From a virus (lineage: Duplodnaviria; Caudoviricetes): DNA of 64,000 nucleotides. The position numbers and the translations under genes were made by a program. Below are positions 1 through 9,835 of this stretch, piece after piece. The notes below the pieces were generated by a model. That model ran no database searches and was not told where the DNA came from. It saw only the letters and a list, made by a program, of their open reading frames with translations. Numbering within the stretch: the stretch's first letter is position 1; each line of letters opens with the position of its first letter. The DNA is taken from the IMG/VR virus record IMGVR_UViG_3300020352_000789, positions 7,929-71,928 of that record. One strand, given 5' to 3'.

Positions 1-153
1 ACAAAATGGAAATACCCTTATGAACAGACATGGATGAGTCATATATACACTCTTACTAAAGAGAATAAGATAAATCCAGCTATACTACTAGCTAGTCCAA
101 TTACACATAACAGAACTGAGCATTACGAAAAGTCCGAAAGGAAAGAAAGCTAA
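1..153 (+). CDS. 3' end of a truncated CDS (…KWKYPYEQTWMSHIY…), possibly glycosyltransferase-related
   Basis: Frame 1 is open from base 1 to TAA at 151-153, which overlaps the next ATG. Confidence 0.6.
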   Translation, partial: TKWKYPYEQTWMSHIYTLTKENKINPAILLASPITHNRTEHYEKSERKES

Positions 154-782
154 TGCCTGTCAGTACATGTATATTTAAAGAACAAACAATAGAATATATT
201 ACTAAATACATTAATACTGAATCTAATATTATTGACATTGGTGCTGGTGCTGGTACTTACTATAATAGATTATATCCTTTGGGATATAAAAACATAGATG
301 CTGTGGAAGTGTTTGAGGAATATATACTAAAATTTAATTTGAAAGATAAATATAATAATGTTTTTTATCAAAATGTTATATCTTTAGATATAGATTTAAA
401 AAAATACCAGTTAGCAATTTTTGGAGACATAATAGAACATATGTCTTATGTTGATGCAATAACTACTTTAAGTAAATTTAATAATGATTGTGAAGATGTT
501 ATTGTAGGAGTACCATTTAATGCTGAACAAGAAGCTGAATTTGACAATCAATATGAGATTCATATACAGTATGATCTTAGTAATGAAAAGTTTTTAAGCC
601 TATATAGAGATTTTGATATATACTGTTTGAGATATGATTATGGTATCTATATAAAAAATAATGCCAAAAACTCAGAAGTGCCAATATACATATTAGACGC
701 AACAGAAGAAGACAAGGATTTTCTAACTAATTACTCAGATAGACCTATCGTAGATATGAATTTACTACACATTCAAGAATAA
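153..782 (+). CDS. Class I SAM-dependent methyltransferase
   Basis: IIDIGAGAG motif I, AVE acidic motif, GDIIEH motif. Confidence 0.85.
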   Translation: MPVSTCIFKEQTIEYITKYINTESNIIDIGAGAGTYYNRLYPLGYKNIDAVEVFEEYILKFNLKDKYNNVFYQNVISLDIDLKKYQLAIFGDIIEHMSYVDAITTLSKFNNDCEDVIVGVPFNAEQEAEFDNQYEIHIQYDLSNEKFLSLYRDFDIYCLRYDYGIYIKNNAKNSEVPIYILDATEEDKDFLTNYSDRPIVDMNLLHIQE

Positions 783-798
783 AAAAACAAAGTGATTT

Positions 799-2064
799 AT
801 GAATAAAAACAATAAAAGCAAAACAATATTCGTTCAGATAGCATCTTATAGAGATCCTCAATTATTGCCCACCTTAGATGACATGTTTTCTAATGCAGAT
901 AATCCTGACGATATCTACGTAGGAATAGCTTGGCAACATAGTGAAGAAGATGAATGGGATAATCTAGATAAATATAAAGATGATAAAAGAATAAGAATAA
1001 TAGATATTAATTATAAAGAAGCGAAAGGAGTTTGTTGGGCAAGAAATGCCGTCCAGTCATTATATGAAAATGAAGACTACACTTTACAATTAGATAGTCA
1101 TCATAGATTTGTTAAGGGCTGGGATACTAAACTCAAGGATATGATTAAAGGCTTGCAGGATCTCGGCCATAAAAAACCTTTAATTACTGCATATATACCA
1201 AGCTTTGACCCAGACAATGATCCAGAATCTAGAGTACGGTTGCCTTGGAAAATGAATTTTGATAGATTTATACCTGAAGGTGCTGTTTTCTTCCTACCGG
1301 CAAATTTTGATAATCATGACGACTCAACTAAACCTTTGCCTGCTAGGTTTTACAGTGCTCATTTTGCTTTTTCTTTAGGGTCGTTTGCTACTGAAGTTAG
1401 GCATGACCCTTATATGTATTTTCATGGAGAAGAAATTAGCATAGCAGCTAGAGCTTTCACTCATGGCTATGATTTATTTCATCCTAATGAGCTTATATGT
1501 TGGCATGAATATACAAGAAAAGGAAGAACTAAACACTGGGATGACCACAATAACTGGCATATAACCAATGACAGATCTCATTTAAGAAATAGAAAATTAT
1601 TTGGCATGGATGGAGAAAAGCAAGACGAAGATTTTGGAGAATACGGCTTCGGTACTGAAAGAAGTTTACTTGAATACGAAAAATATGCAGGGTTGTGTTT
1701 TAGTAAGAGAGCAATAAGTCCTCAAACTAAAGACAAAATAGCTCCTAACGTCAATAATAATATATCAGACGAAGAATTTTATGGGTCTTTACTTTCTATT
1801 TTTAGACATTGTATCGACATATCTTTTGAACAAGTTCCTTTGCAGGATTATGATTTTTGGTGTGTAGCCTTTAAGGATGATCAAGGAAATGATATTTATA
1901 GACAAGATGCAAATAAAGATGAAATTCACAGAATGAAAACAGATCCTGACGGATACTGTAAAGTGTGGAGAGAATTTCAAACAGAAATCAAACCAAATAG
2001 TTGGATAGTATGGCCTTATAGTAAATCTCAAGGCTGGGCCGTACCTATTACGGGGTTGCTTTAA
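799..2064 (+). CDS. GlcNAc transferase, Skp1-hydroxyproline GlcNAc-transferase-like (GT60/Gnt1)
   Basis: IFVQIASYRDP, GVCWAR, LQLDSHHRF, FHGEE and WHEY motifs. Confidence 0.85.
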   Translation: MNKNNKSKTIFVQIASYRDPQLLPTLDDMFSNADNPDDIYVGIAWQHSEEDEWDNLDKYKDDKRIRIIDINYKEAKGVCWARNAVQSLYENEDYTLQLDSHHRFVKGWDTKLKDMIKGLQDLGHKKPLITAYIPSFDPDNDPESRVRLPWKMNFDRFIPEGAVFFLPANFDNHDDSTKPLPARFYSAHFAFSLGSFATEVRHDPYMYFHGEEISIAARAFTHGYDLFHPNELICWHEYTRKGRTKHWDDHNNWHITNDRSHLRNRKLFGMDGEKQDEDFGEYGFGTERSLLEYEKYAGLCFSKRAISPQTKDKIAPNVNNNISDEEFYGSLLSIFRHCIDISFEQVPLQDYDFWCVAFKDDQGNDIYRQDANKDEIHRMKTDPDGYCKVWREFQTEIKPNSWIVWPYSKSQGWAVPITGLL

Positions 2065-2067
2065 ATT

Positions 2068-2787
2068 ATGATTGATATCAATAGTGTTCCTAAATTTATT
2101 ATAAATCTAGACAATAGACCAGATAGATGGAATCATATAGTTAAAGAGTTTGAATATATGGAATGGGAGTATCATAGATTTCCCGGAATTAATACTGGCA
2201 GTCATGTGGGCTGTGCAAAAAGTCACATGGCAGTAGCTTTACTGGGTATTGAAAAAAATCTTGACTACTTAATGGTTTGTGAAGACGATATATTTTTTCT
2301 ACCTCACGCAAAACAACATTTAGAGGATTGTCTAAAAGCTTTAGATAAAGTTGAATGGGACATGTTTCATCTAGCTCCCAGTTTACATAGACCATTAAAG
2401 ATGGATAGGAATGATTGTTTGATTAGTTTGAGAGATGTGCCCCCTAAAGAAGAAAAACACACCAAAATATATGGGCTAAGTGCTGTTATATATAAAAAAT
2501 CTCTTCTATCAGAAGTTTTAAAATGGCCTCTAGTGTTTAAAGAATGGAATAATGACGGAATGATGCAGGCTATAGATACATTTTTTAGTGATTATATTTA
2601 TCCAAATTTCAATTGTTTTTGTGGTAATTTGCCAATCGTTACTCAAATAGCTGATCCGTCAACAATCAATCGTGGACAAGTTATAGATAATCACTACCTT
2701 ATGACCTATAATTGGAAATTATATGCTAATAAAAATCTCCCTCAAAGACTGATGGACTATGGATACTGCAAAAAAAATAGACAGTAA
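2068..2787 (+). CDS. Glycosyltransferase family 25
   Basis: IINLDNRPDRW, GCAKSH, CEDD motifs. Confidence 0.8.
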   Translation: MIDINSVPKFIINLDNRPDRWNHIVKEFEYMEWEYHRFPGINTGSHVGCAKSHMAVALLGIEKNLDYLMVCEDDIFFLPHAKQHLEDCLKALDKVEWDMFHLAPSLHRPLKMDRNDCLISLRDVPPKEEKHTKIYGLSAVIYKKSLLSEVLKWPLVFKEWNNDGMMQAIDTFFSDYIYPNFNCFCGNLPIVTQIADPSTINRGQVIDNHYLMTYNWKLYANKNLPQRLMDYGYCKKNRQ

Positions 2788-3712
2788 AGCTACTTTAGTT
2801 ACAGCAATATATCACCATAGCCATAAAGAAATAATAGGTGGCAGAGGATGGTGTTTTGATTTTTACTCACCTCCTTTTTTAAATATACTGAAATTAGATT
2901 TACCTATAATAATATATACACACGAAAAAGTATTTGGTAAGTTGAGTAAGTTTATGCAAAAGCATAGGCATGATGATGACTATAAAATTATTATACAAGA
3001 TTTGAATGACTTTAAATATGGCTCTAGGATATTAGATATAAAAAGAAAGTCTGGATGGTTTTTGAACGACAGGTTAAAATCAGATATTCCTTATACATAC
3101 AACGATAGAAATCACACTCTTTGTTTGTCTAAGCTTTATTGGTTAAATCAGGCAGTTAATGATAATTATTATAATTCTAATAGTTTCTTTTGGATAGATG
3201 CAGGATTATTTCATCACGGTATTTTTCCTGAAAAATTTGGAGGTAGAGAAAAATTTAGTAAGCAAGAAACAAAACCAGAACTTTATTACCCAGAGAATAA
3301 AGCTAGTATTTTTACTCCTAATATGGGTAAGTTTCTATCTGATTATAAAGAAAAAATTTTAACAATAGTAAAAGAAGAAATGCCTATAAGACCTAGAATT
3401 AAAGAATTAATAGCACCTTCAGCAAATAGACATATAGATTATATAATAGGAGGTTTATTTGGCGGAGATCCTAAAACTATAAATTCTGTACATAGAGACT
3501 TTGATGAAGGTTTGCAGATTTGTTTGGATAATAATCTTGTCACTTTAGAAGAAGAGCTTTTGTCCTGTATTGCTTTAAAGAACCCCGATTTATATAACAA
3601 GTTTTATTTTTATCAATGGTGGCACGACATAAAAGAAGATCCTGCATACTATGATATAGGTGAAGATGAGAAATGTTTTTATAAACTTTTCAAGAACGAA
3701 TTCCAAGCATAA
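2759..3712 (+). CDS. HtrL/YibB (WlaTC)-like glycan biosynthesis protein
   Basis: TLVTAIY, SKLYWL, FFWIDAG, IIGGLFGG, EEELL motifs. Confidence 0.7.
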   Translation: MDTAKKIDSKATLVTAIYHHSHKEIIGGRGWCFDFYSPPFLNILKLDLPIIIYTHEKVFGKLSKFMQKHRHDDDYKIIIQDLNDFKYGSRILDIKRKSGWFLNDRLKSDIPYTYNDRNHTLCLSKLYWLNQAVNDNYYNSNSFFWIDAGLFHHGIFPEKFGGREKFSKQETKPELYYPENKASIFTPNMGKFLSDYKEKILTIVKEEMPIRPRIKELIAPSANRHIDYIIGGLFGGDPKTINSVHRDFDEGLQICLDNNLVTLEEELLSCIALKNPDLYNKFYFYQWWHDIKEDPAYYDIGEDEKCFYKLFKNEFQA

Positions 3713-3780
3713 GACGCCTTGTGAGGTATGCTACGTTGGACTACTATATATAGTTGTATACTTTAACAGAAAGATTGGTT

Positions 3781-4095
3781 ATGTTTAGAAAAATTTTATT
3801 AACGATTATCTTATCCGTTTTTTGCACCACTGGTTCTGCACAGCAAATGGTTGGTAATAGCATGAGTAAATTCATGAACTTCGCTAACAACGGAGGTCGC
3901 TTGACTACTTACAATCAAATACAGTATCAGCAGTATCCTATCTACACTAGTGTCTATGATGTTGATGGCAGAGAGTACGCAGAAATACAAAAAGAACGAG
4001 CATTTGCTGTCAAGGTATTGAAACGGTTAGGCGTAGACCCTCTACAGACACCATATTTTTCCTACTATAAAGATCAAGAGAAAACTAAAAATTAA
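3781..4095 (+). CDS. Hypothetical secreted protein
   Basis: ATG at 3781 preferred over TTG 3754; hydrophobic N-terminus ending GSA. Confidence 0.6.
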   Translation: MFRKILLTIILSVFCTTGSAQQMVGNSMSKFMNFANNGGRLTTYNQIQYQQYPIYTSVYDVDGREYAEIQKERAFAVKVLKRLGVDPLQTPYFSYYKDQEKTKN

Positions 4096-5008
4096 ATTTT
4101 CTTGGATCTAAAATACCATGACCTTCATATGATTTGTTATTTTTATACTTTGCATTTTTTAAAGGCGTAGTATACTTTTTAAGATATTCAATATAGTCGT
4201 TTGCTGTTGTTAATTTAATTCTGTGTTTTTTAGCCCACTCACAAAGCAACGCAGCACATCCAACCACATAGGGGTTTGCCATACTAGTACCACTCATAAC
4301 CGCATAGCGACCATTCATCATGGTACTTAATATATCTGCACCGGGTGCTAGAAAGTCTAACTCTTCCCCGCTACAACTAAATAGTGTTCTATTTTGATTT
4401 ATATCTATGGCGCCTGTACTAACCGTTAACTCAAACTTAGCAGGATAGAGGATGTCTGTTTTTTCACCAGAGTTTCCCGCTGCACAAAAACATACAGCAC
4501 CTCTATTCAAGGCTCCCATAATTGCTTTCTCTAAATGTCTACTACCATGTTTAGAACCTAAAGACATACAGATAATATCTGCGCCATTTTTACCGGCCCA
4601 TTCTACAGCACTAGCTACATTAGCCGTTGATCCTGCTCCGCTTTTATCAAACACTTTAATAGGCATGATCTTTGCATCAGGTGCTACCCCCACAACTCCC
4701 TGACTATTATTAACAGCAGCTATTGTACCAGCTACATGAGTGCCGTGACCATTCTCGTCAAGTGGGTCTTTATTTTTATTTATAGTATTGTATCCTTCTA
4801 TATAGTTGCCTCTTAAATCAGGGTGATTTAGTTCACATCCGCTATCAATAACGGCAATTACTACATTTTGACCAGTATATTTACCCCATAAACGGGGTAT
4901 GTTATATTGTGATATTGACCAAGGGATCTGCTGACGATCTGAGAAATTTGAATATATGTCTTCTTTTACATACGGGAAAAGAAACGAATCTTTGCGGCTG
5001 AAAAACAT
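4085..5008 (-). CDS. Subtilisin-like S8 serine peptidase
   Basis: Catalytic triad motifs VIDSG, NGHGTHVAG, SGTSMANP; oxyanion AAGN. Confidence 0.95.
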   Translation of the reverse strand: MFFSRKDSFLFPYVKEDIYSNFSDRQQIPWSISQYNIPRLWGKYTGQNVVIAVIDSGCELNHPDLRGNYIEGYNTINKNKDPLDENGHGTHVAGTIAAVNNSQGVVGVAPDAKIMPIKVFDKSGAGSTANVASAVEWAGKNGADIICMSLGSKHGSRHLEKAIMGALNRGAVCFCAAGNSGEKTDILYPAKFELTVSTGAIDINQNRTLFSCSGEELDFLAPGADILSTMMNGRYAVMSGTSMANPYVVGCAALLCEWAKKHRIKLTTANDYIEYLKKYTTPLKNAKYKNNKSYEGHGILDPRKFNF

Positions 5009-5069
5009 CAGTAATCTCCTTTGTTTATTATAATGTAGTTATAATTAGTATACACTAAAGGATGACAAT

Positions 5070-5420
5070 ATGAGGCAGGGAAAAATCTGGGGTAATACAG
5101 AATGTCTGTTTGATAAAAATAATGTTTCTATGCATCGCATAGAAGTGCATAAAGGCTATATGTGTTCAAGACACTATCATTTACATAAACACAATATGTT
5201 TTATGTAGAAAAAGGAAAGCTTAAAATAGAAGTTTGGCAAAAAGATTATGATTTAATTGATGAGACTATAATAGCTGATGGACAAAGCACTTCCGTATCT
5301 CCCGGACTACAACATAGATTTTCTGCTTTAGAGGACACCATAGCATTTGAAATATACTTTGTAGAGCTAGATAATAACGATATTATTAGAATTGATAAAG
5401 GACACAAAATAAATGACTAA
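5070..5420 (+). CDS. Cupin-domain protein (sugar isomerase-like)
   Basis: KIWG start, CSRHYH…KHNMFYV…G, HRF motifs. Confidence 0.8.
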   Translation: MRQGKIWGNTECLFDKNNVSMHRIEVHKGYMCSRHYHLHKHNMFYVEKGKLKIEVWQKDYDLIDETIIADGQSTSVSPGLQHRFSALEDTIAFEIYFVELDNNDIIRIDKGHKIND

Positions 5421-6072
5421 ATCTATTATGCAAACTAAGCCAAGTTTTGAATTTGGTTCATTGAATATATTGAGTGATTTTACAGTTGCTTATCAGAGAG
5501 ATATGTCTTTATCTATTGATTATAGTAAAGAATATTTTAATAAATATATTAGTTACGAAAATACAGAAATATCAAAAAAATTAAATGAGTTTAGAACACA
5601 TATAACTAGTAAATATTGCAATTCGGTACTAGATATAGGAATAGGTTCTGGTGAATTTATTAAGAAGTATAAAAATAAAACCTTTGGTTATGATATAAAC
5701 CCATATGCTATTACAATGTTAAAAGAAAAAGATATATATCTGGACCCTTATTCAGAAAATTTAGATGATATTGATGGTTTTACTATGTGGGATGTTTTAG
5801 AACATATTAAGAATCCTGACATACTACTGAATAAAATACCTAAAAATAAAATCGTAATAGTTTCTATTCCTGTATTTGACAATATACTCAAAGTTAAACA
5901 AAGCAAGCATTATAGGCCGAATGAACATTATTATTATTATACTATCAATGGTTTAATTAGTTTTTTTAGTGAAATGAATTATATTATTCTGGAAGTATCT
6001 GATCAAGAATCTGTATGCGGTAGAGAAAATATAATGTCGTTTGTTTTCCAGAAAAAATACAAGAAAAGATAA
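5413..6072 (+). CDS. Class I SAM-dependent methyltransferase
   Basis: VLDIGIGSG, GYDIN, WDVLEH motifs. Confidence 0.85.
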   Translation: MTKSIMQTKPSFEFGSLNILSDFTVAYQRDMSLSIDYSKEYFNKYISYENTEISKKLNEFRTHITSKYCNSVLDIGIGSGEFIKKYKNKTFGYDINPYAITMLKEKDIYLDPYSENLDDIDGFTMWDVLEHIKNPDILLNKIPKNKIVIVSIPVFDNILKVKQSKHYRPNEHYYYYTINGLISFFSEMNYIILEVSDQESVCGRENIMSFVFQKKYKKR

Positions 6073-6073
6073 T

Positions 6074-7456
6074 ATGCTACACATAAGAGGAGAAAGCGGA
6101 TTAGGAGATTCTATATACTTATATCCGATCGTAAAATCTTATTTAGATAATGTTAAAGAGCCTATAGCGGTTTACAGTAATTATCCAGAAGTTTTTGAAG
6201 ATTTAAAATGCCTTGTGCTGCCTTTTTCAAAAAACATAGATGATGAGGCAAAAATATTTAGTTACTTACCTAATAAGTCTAATTCAGAAACTACAATTCT
6301 AGAAGACATAACCTCCTCTTGTCCTTATCAGATTAATTTTTATAAAGAACATAAAATAAAAAATCACAATTTTATTAAAAATATATTAAAAAATAAGCCA
6401 AATAATAAAAAAATATGTATTGTTAGATATATAGAACCTAGACATAATAAAAAGAGACTAGACAATGTTGATTGTAATCCAAATTTAATTAATCGATTTA
6501 TATCTGAATTTAAAAAAGATTATTATTTTGTAGGCATTGGAACAAACAACTACTACAAAATAAAATGCGACATGGATTTAATGGGGCAGACTTCTGTTTC
6601 GGACTTGTTTGATTTGGTTTTTATTTCTAATTTAGTGATTGCACAAGTTGGTTACACCGTACCTCTGTGTGAACTTCTACATAAAAACAACATAGCTATA
6701 TTTCCTAAAAAATGGCAAACGGCCAATCTTTTCTTAAAAACAATAACGCCTAATAAAATTTGCGGACAATATACTAGTCATACTTATGATGATCAAGATT
6801 TTAAAGATATCAGTAGGCCTAAGATTACAGTTGAGACAACGGAAAAAATAAACCATATAGATATTGCGAATTTTTTAAACAATAGCAAAAAAATTGCAAT
6901 TGTTGGAAATGCTACTTCTATAAATAATTATAATCGTGGTGAATTTATAGATAGTCATGATTGTGTCATCAGAATGAATAGGTGTCTTGTAAATAAGAAG
7001 GTAGGATATAAGACCAATATATGGGTTACTGGATTTTGGCCGAATATAGTGTATCCACAATTTAATAATCTTAAACCCAATTATATTATATGGAATAATT
7101 GGAGTGATGAAGGAATACGAAGATTTTTAAATCTGTGCCTCAAAAAACAACAGTACAATAAATTAAAAGATAGACTGATTATAAATGTTAACTATCAAAA
7201 AAATCAACAAGAATTTAATAACAATTACAATCAAAAACTGATACTAACTACTGGTATGCATACAATATTATACATTTTAGATATTCTCTTAAATATAAAC
7301 AATCATAAAATCAATATTTTTGGTTTTGACTTCTTTAAAAGTCCAACTACAGGAACATCTAGCATAAACTTTTATCAACATCAGCCAAAATTAGAAAAAA
7401 AATACATATATGATATATTACTACCTTCTTATCAAAATATCAATATTATACAATAA
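6074..7456 (+). CDS. Two-domain glycosyltransferase: GT9-like N-terminus plus GT29 (sialyltransferase)-like C-terminus
   Basis: N-terminal GLGD motif; C-terminal AIVGNA…IDSHDCVIRMN…VGYKT, TTG, FGFDFF; ATG 6074 follows upstream stop. Confidence 0.7.
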   Translation: MLHIRGESGLGDSIYLYPIVKSYLDNVKEPIAVYSNYPEVFEDLKCLVLPFSKNIDDEAKIFSYLPNKSNSETTILEDITSSCPYQINFYKEHKIKNHNFIKNILKNKPNNKKICIVRYIEPRHNKKRLDNVDCNPNLINRFISEFKKDYYFVGIGTNNYYKIKCDMDLMGQTSVSDLFDLVFISNLVIAQVGYTVPLCELLHKNNIAIFPKKWQTANLFLKTITPNKICGQYTSHTYDDQDFKDISRPKITVETTEKINHIDIANFLNNSKKIAIVGNATSINNYNRGEFIDSHDCVIRMNRCLVNKKVGYKTNIWVTGFWPNIVYPQFNNLKPNYIIWNNWSDEGIRRFLNLCLKKQQYNKLKDRLIINVNYQKNQQEFNNNYNQKLILTTGMHTILYILDILLNINNHKINIFGFDFFKSPTTGTSSINFYQHQPKLEKKYIYDILLPSYQNINIIQ

Positions 7457-7458
7457 CA

Positions 7459-7821
7459 ATGATTACAATTTTAAAAAAATGGGGTTATGAATTATGGATA
7501 GAAAATAACAATCTGTATTGCGGAAAACATTTGCATGTTTTAAGTAATAAGTGGTGTTCTGTTCATTATCATAAAAATAAGAAAGAAACATTTTACGTTA
7601 TTGGTGGAGAACTTTTACTGCAACACTCTAAAAACTTAGAATTAGAATTTTGGCAATCAGAACTTTTTGATACTATTATATTAAAGAAAGGTCAGTCTTT
7701 TACTATAGAGGCTGGAGTGGCTCATAGATTTACTAGTAATCTAGATTATCCGTGTGACTTTATAGAAATTTCTACTCACCATGATGATGACGACTCATAT
7801 AGGATTATAAACAGCAAATGA
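7459..7821 (+). CDS. Cupin-domain protein (D-lyxose/mannose isomerase-like)
   Basis: KKWGYELWI, CSVHYHKNKKETF, HRF, EIST; paralogous to 5070-5420. Confidence 0.8.
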   Translation: MITILKKWGYELWIENNNLYCGKHLHVLSNKWCSVHYHKNKKETFYVIGGELLLQHSKNLELEFWQSELFDTIILKKGQSFTIEAGVAHRFTSNLDYPCDFIEISTHHDDDDSYRIINSK

Positions 7822-8114
7822 ATTATTACGTAGATATAGACAATACTATTTGTATTACCCTTAATGGAGATTACATAAACAGTAAGCCCATTAAGACAAG
7901 AATACAACACATAAATAATCTTTTTGAAGCCGGAAATACAATAATATATTGGACTGCGAGAGGTTCTGCTTCTGGTAAAAATTATGAGGCACTTACTGTA
8001 CAACAGCTGAATAAATGGGGATGTAAAAGACATAAGATTATATTCGGAAAACCTTCTTATGATATTTTTATAGATGATAAAACTATACATCCTGAGGAGT
8101 TTTTTAATGAGTAA
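7818..8114 (+). CDS. Small HAD-superfamily phosphatase (capsule-biosynthesis type)
   Basis: DIDNT motif I, WTARG motif II, GKP…IDD motif III/IV. Confidence 0.85.
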   Translation: MNYYVDIDNTICITLNGDYINSKPIKTRIQHINNLFEAGNTIIYWTARGSASGKNYEALTVQQLNKWGCKRHKIIFGKPSYDIFIDDKTIHPEEFFNE

Positions 8115-8859
8115 AAGATATGCTGTTATAGGAGACTCTTGCATTGACAAATATATTTATGGTGTTTGTGAAAGAATATGTCCAGAAGGCCCGGTACCAA
8201 TAATAAAAGTAGAAAGTTTTAAAGAGTGTTTAGGAATGGCCGGTAACACTCATGCAAACGCTAAAATATTTTGGGAAAATCAGATAGATTTTATATCTAA
8301 TAATCCTGAAGAAATTAGAAAAATTAGATATGTAGACAGTAAAACAAATCAATTGCTATTGAGATGTGATATTAACGATTCTGTAGCTAGAGTTAACACA
8401 GAGATTAAATTAGACTTTTCTTGTATTATAGTTTCTGATTACTGCAAAGGCTTTCTTTGGGATATAGATGTAGAAAAGTTAGGCAGGGCAGCACCTCTAA
8501 CTGTTTTAGATACTAAACGCAAATTAACTAAAAAAATAATCGAAGGCTATAACTTTATTAAACTGAATGAACAAGAATTCTCCAATAATGCAGATATAGT
8601 AGATAAAGAAACCATTAAAAAAATAATTATAACAAGAGGAAGCAAAGGTGTTTTATATAATGAACAAGAATTTCTTCCTCCTAAGGTATTGCAGACTTTT
8701 GACGTTTCTGGCGCAGGAGATGTTTTCACGACAGCTTTTACTTACGCTATTGATTGCGGTAATCCTATTACAGAAGCAATAGAATATGCTCAAAAATGCT
8801 GCAACCAAGTAATAAGAAAAAAGGGAACTTGTGTTTATGAAAAAAATAATATGGACTAA
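8107..8859 (+). CDS. PfkB-family sugar kinase, HldE/RfaE domain I-like
   Basis: VIGDSCIDKY…CPEGPVP, GMAGN, DYCKG, KLNEQE, DVSGAGD. Confidence 0.9.
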   Translation: MSKRYAVIGDSCIDKYIYGVCERICPEGPVPIIKVESFKECLGMAGNTHANAKIFWENQIDFISNNPEEIRKIRYVDSKTNQLLLRCDINDSVARVNTEIKLDFSCIIVSDYCKGFLWDIDVEKLGRAAPLTVLDTKRKLTKKIIEGYNFIKLNEQEFSNNADIVDKETIKKIIITRGSKGVLYNEQEFLPPKVLQTFDVSGAGDVFTTAFTYAIDCGNPITEAIEYAQKCCNQVIRKKGTCVYEKNNMD

Positions 8860-9238
8860 TGGCTGTTTTGATATTATTCACCAAGGACACATAGAGTTGT
8901 TTAGATATGCTAAATCATTGGGAGATAAACTTATAGTAGGTATAGACGCAGATACAAGAATAAAACAAAGAAAAGGTTTGGATCGACCTATTAACGGTCA
9001 AACATATAGGTATAAAAAACTTTTAGAAATTAATGAGATAGATGAAGTTTTTGTTTTTGATTCTGATTCAGAACTAAAAATGCTTATCAAGTCTTTGAGT
9101 GTCCAAACTATAGTGGTTGGAGATGACTATAAAGATAAGCAAATTGTAGGATCAGAATGTGTAAAAAATGTTATGCTATTCCCTAAAATTCCTGGATATT
9201 CTACTACAGATATCATAAAGAAAAATAAAGCAATATGA
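8837..9238 (+). CDS. Nucleotidyltransferase, HldE/RfaE domain II-like
   Basis: TNGCFDIIHQGH, KG..RP, VGDDY, YSTT. Confidence 0.9.
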   Translation: MKKIIWTNGCFDIIHQGHIELFRYAKSLGDKLIVGIDADTRIKQRKGLDRPINGQTYRYKKLLEINEIDEVFVFDSDSELKMLIKSLSVQTIVVGDDYKDKQIVGSECVKNVMLFPKIPGYSTTDIIKKNKAI

Positions 9239-9834
9239 AATACTACATAATAGCAAATAACATAGAACTCACACAAGAATCTATAGATAAATTACAATTA
9301 AACGGTGAAAACTTACTGGTTTTATTTAATTATTTGTGGCCCTTGAGGTTCCAAGAAGTGCTTGACTATGACAATAAAATCTGTATATCTAGGAAAACAG
9401 CAGAGAGAAAACACGGTAAAGAAGCATACGCAAATATAAAGCAATTAAAACAGGACCAAGAATTATTTAAAAAGATATATTTTCATACACATCCTTCTTA
9501 TATGTCTGAAATTTCAAAAAGATTTTATCAAAGAGAAATAGACAAATATCGTTTTGATGATGATAAGCTAGGAATTCTAGATCCAAATAAAACAAACATA
9601 AGAAATAAAGTAGGTTATCCATCTGGTAAAAATATAAGTACTGGAATGATAGCATACGAATACTTTATGGATGTTAAAAATTATCGTGACGAGATAATAT
9701 TAGTTGGATTCAATTCTAAGATATCCACTAAGTTTCACAACTCTCAATGGGAAAAATTATATATGCTTCGTCAAATCTATATGAATAGATGCAAATTTAT
9801 ACAGTGTTATGGTCTGATGGAAAGAATTTCGTAA
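9235..9834 (+). CDS. Hypothetical protein with GT29-like motifs
   Basis: ISTGMIAY, LVGF, FHNSQWEK resemble the C-terminal half of the 6074 GT29-like domain. Confidence 0.45.
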   Translation: MKYYIIANNIELTQESIDKLQLNGENLLVLFNYLWPLRFQEVLDYDNKICISRKTAERKHGKEAYANIKQLKQDQELFKKIYFHTHPSYMSEISKRFYQREIDKYRFDDDKLGILDPNKTNIRNKVGYPSGKNISTGMIAYEYFMDVKNYRDEIILVGFNSKISTKFHNSQWEKLYMLRQIYMNRCKFIQCYGLMERIS

Positions 9835-9835
9835 A

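Noticed and set aside
2759-2787. Programmed frameshift at the A-run joining the GT25 and HtrL-like genes
   Set aside because: The 29-nt overlap has its own ATG and both proteins look complete; no supporting stimulatory structure.
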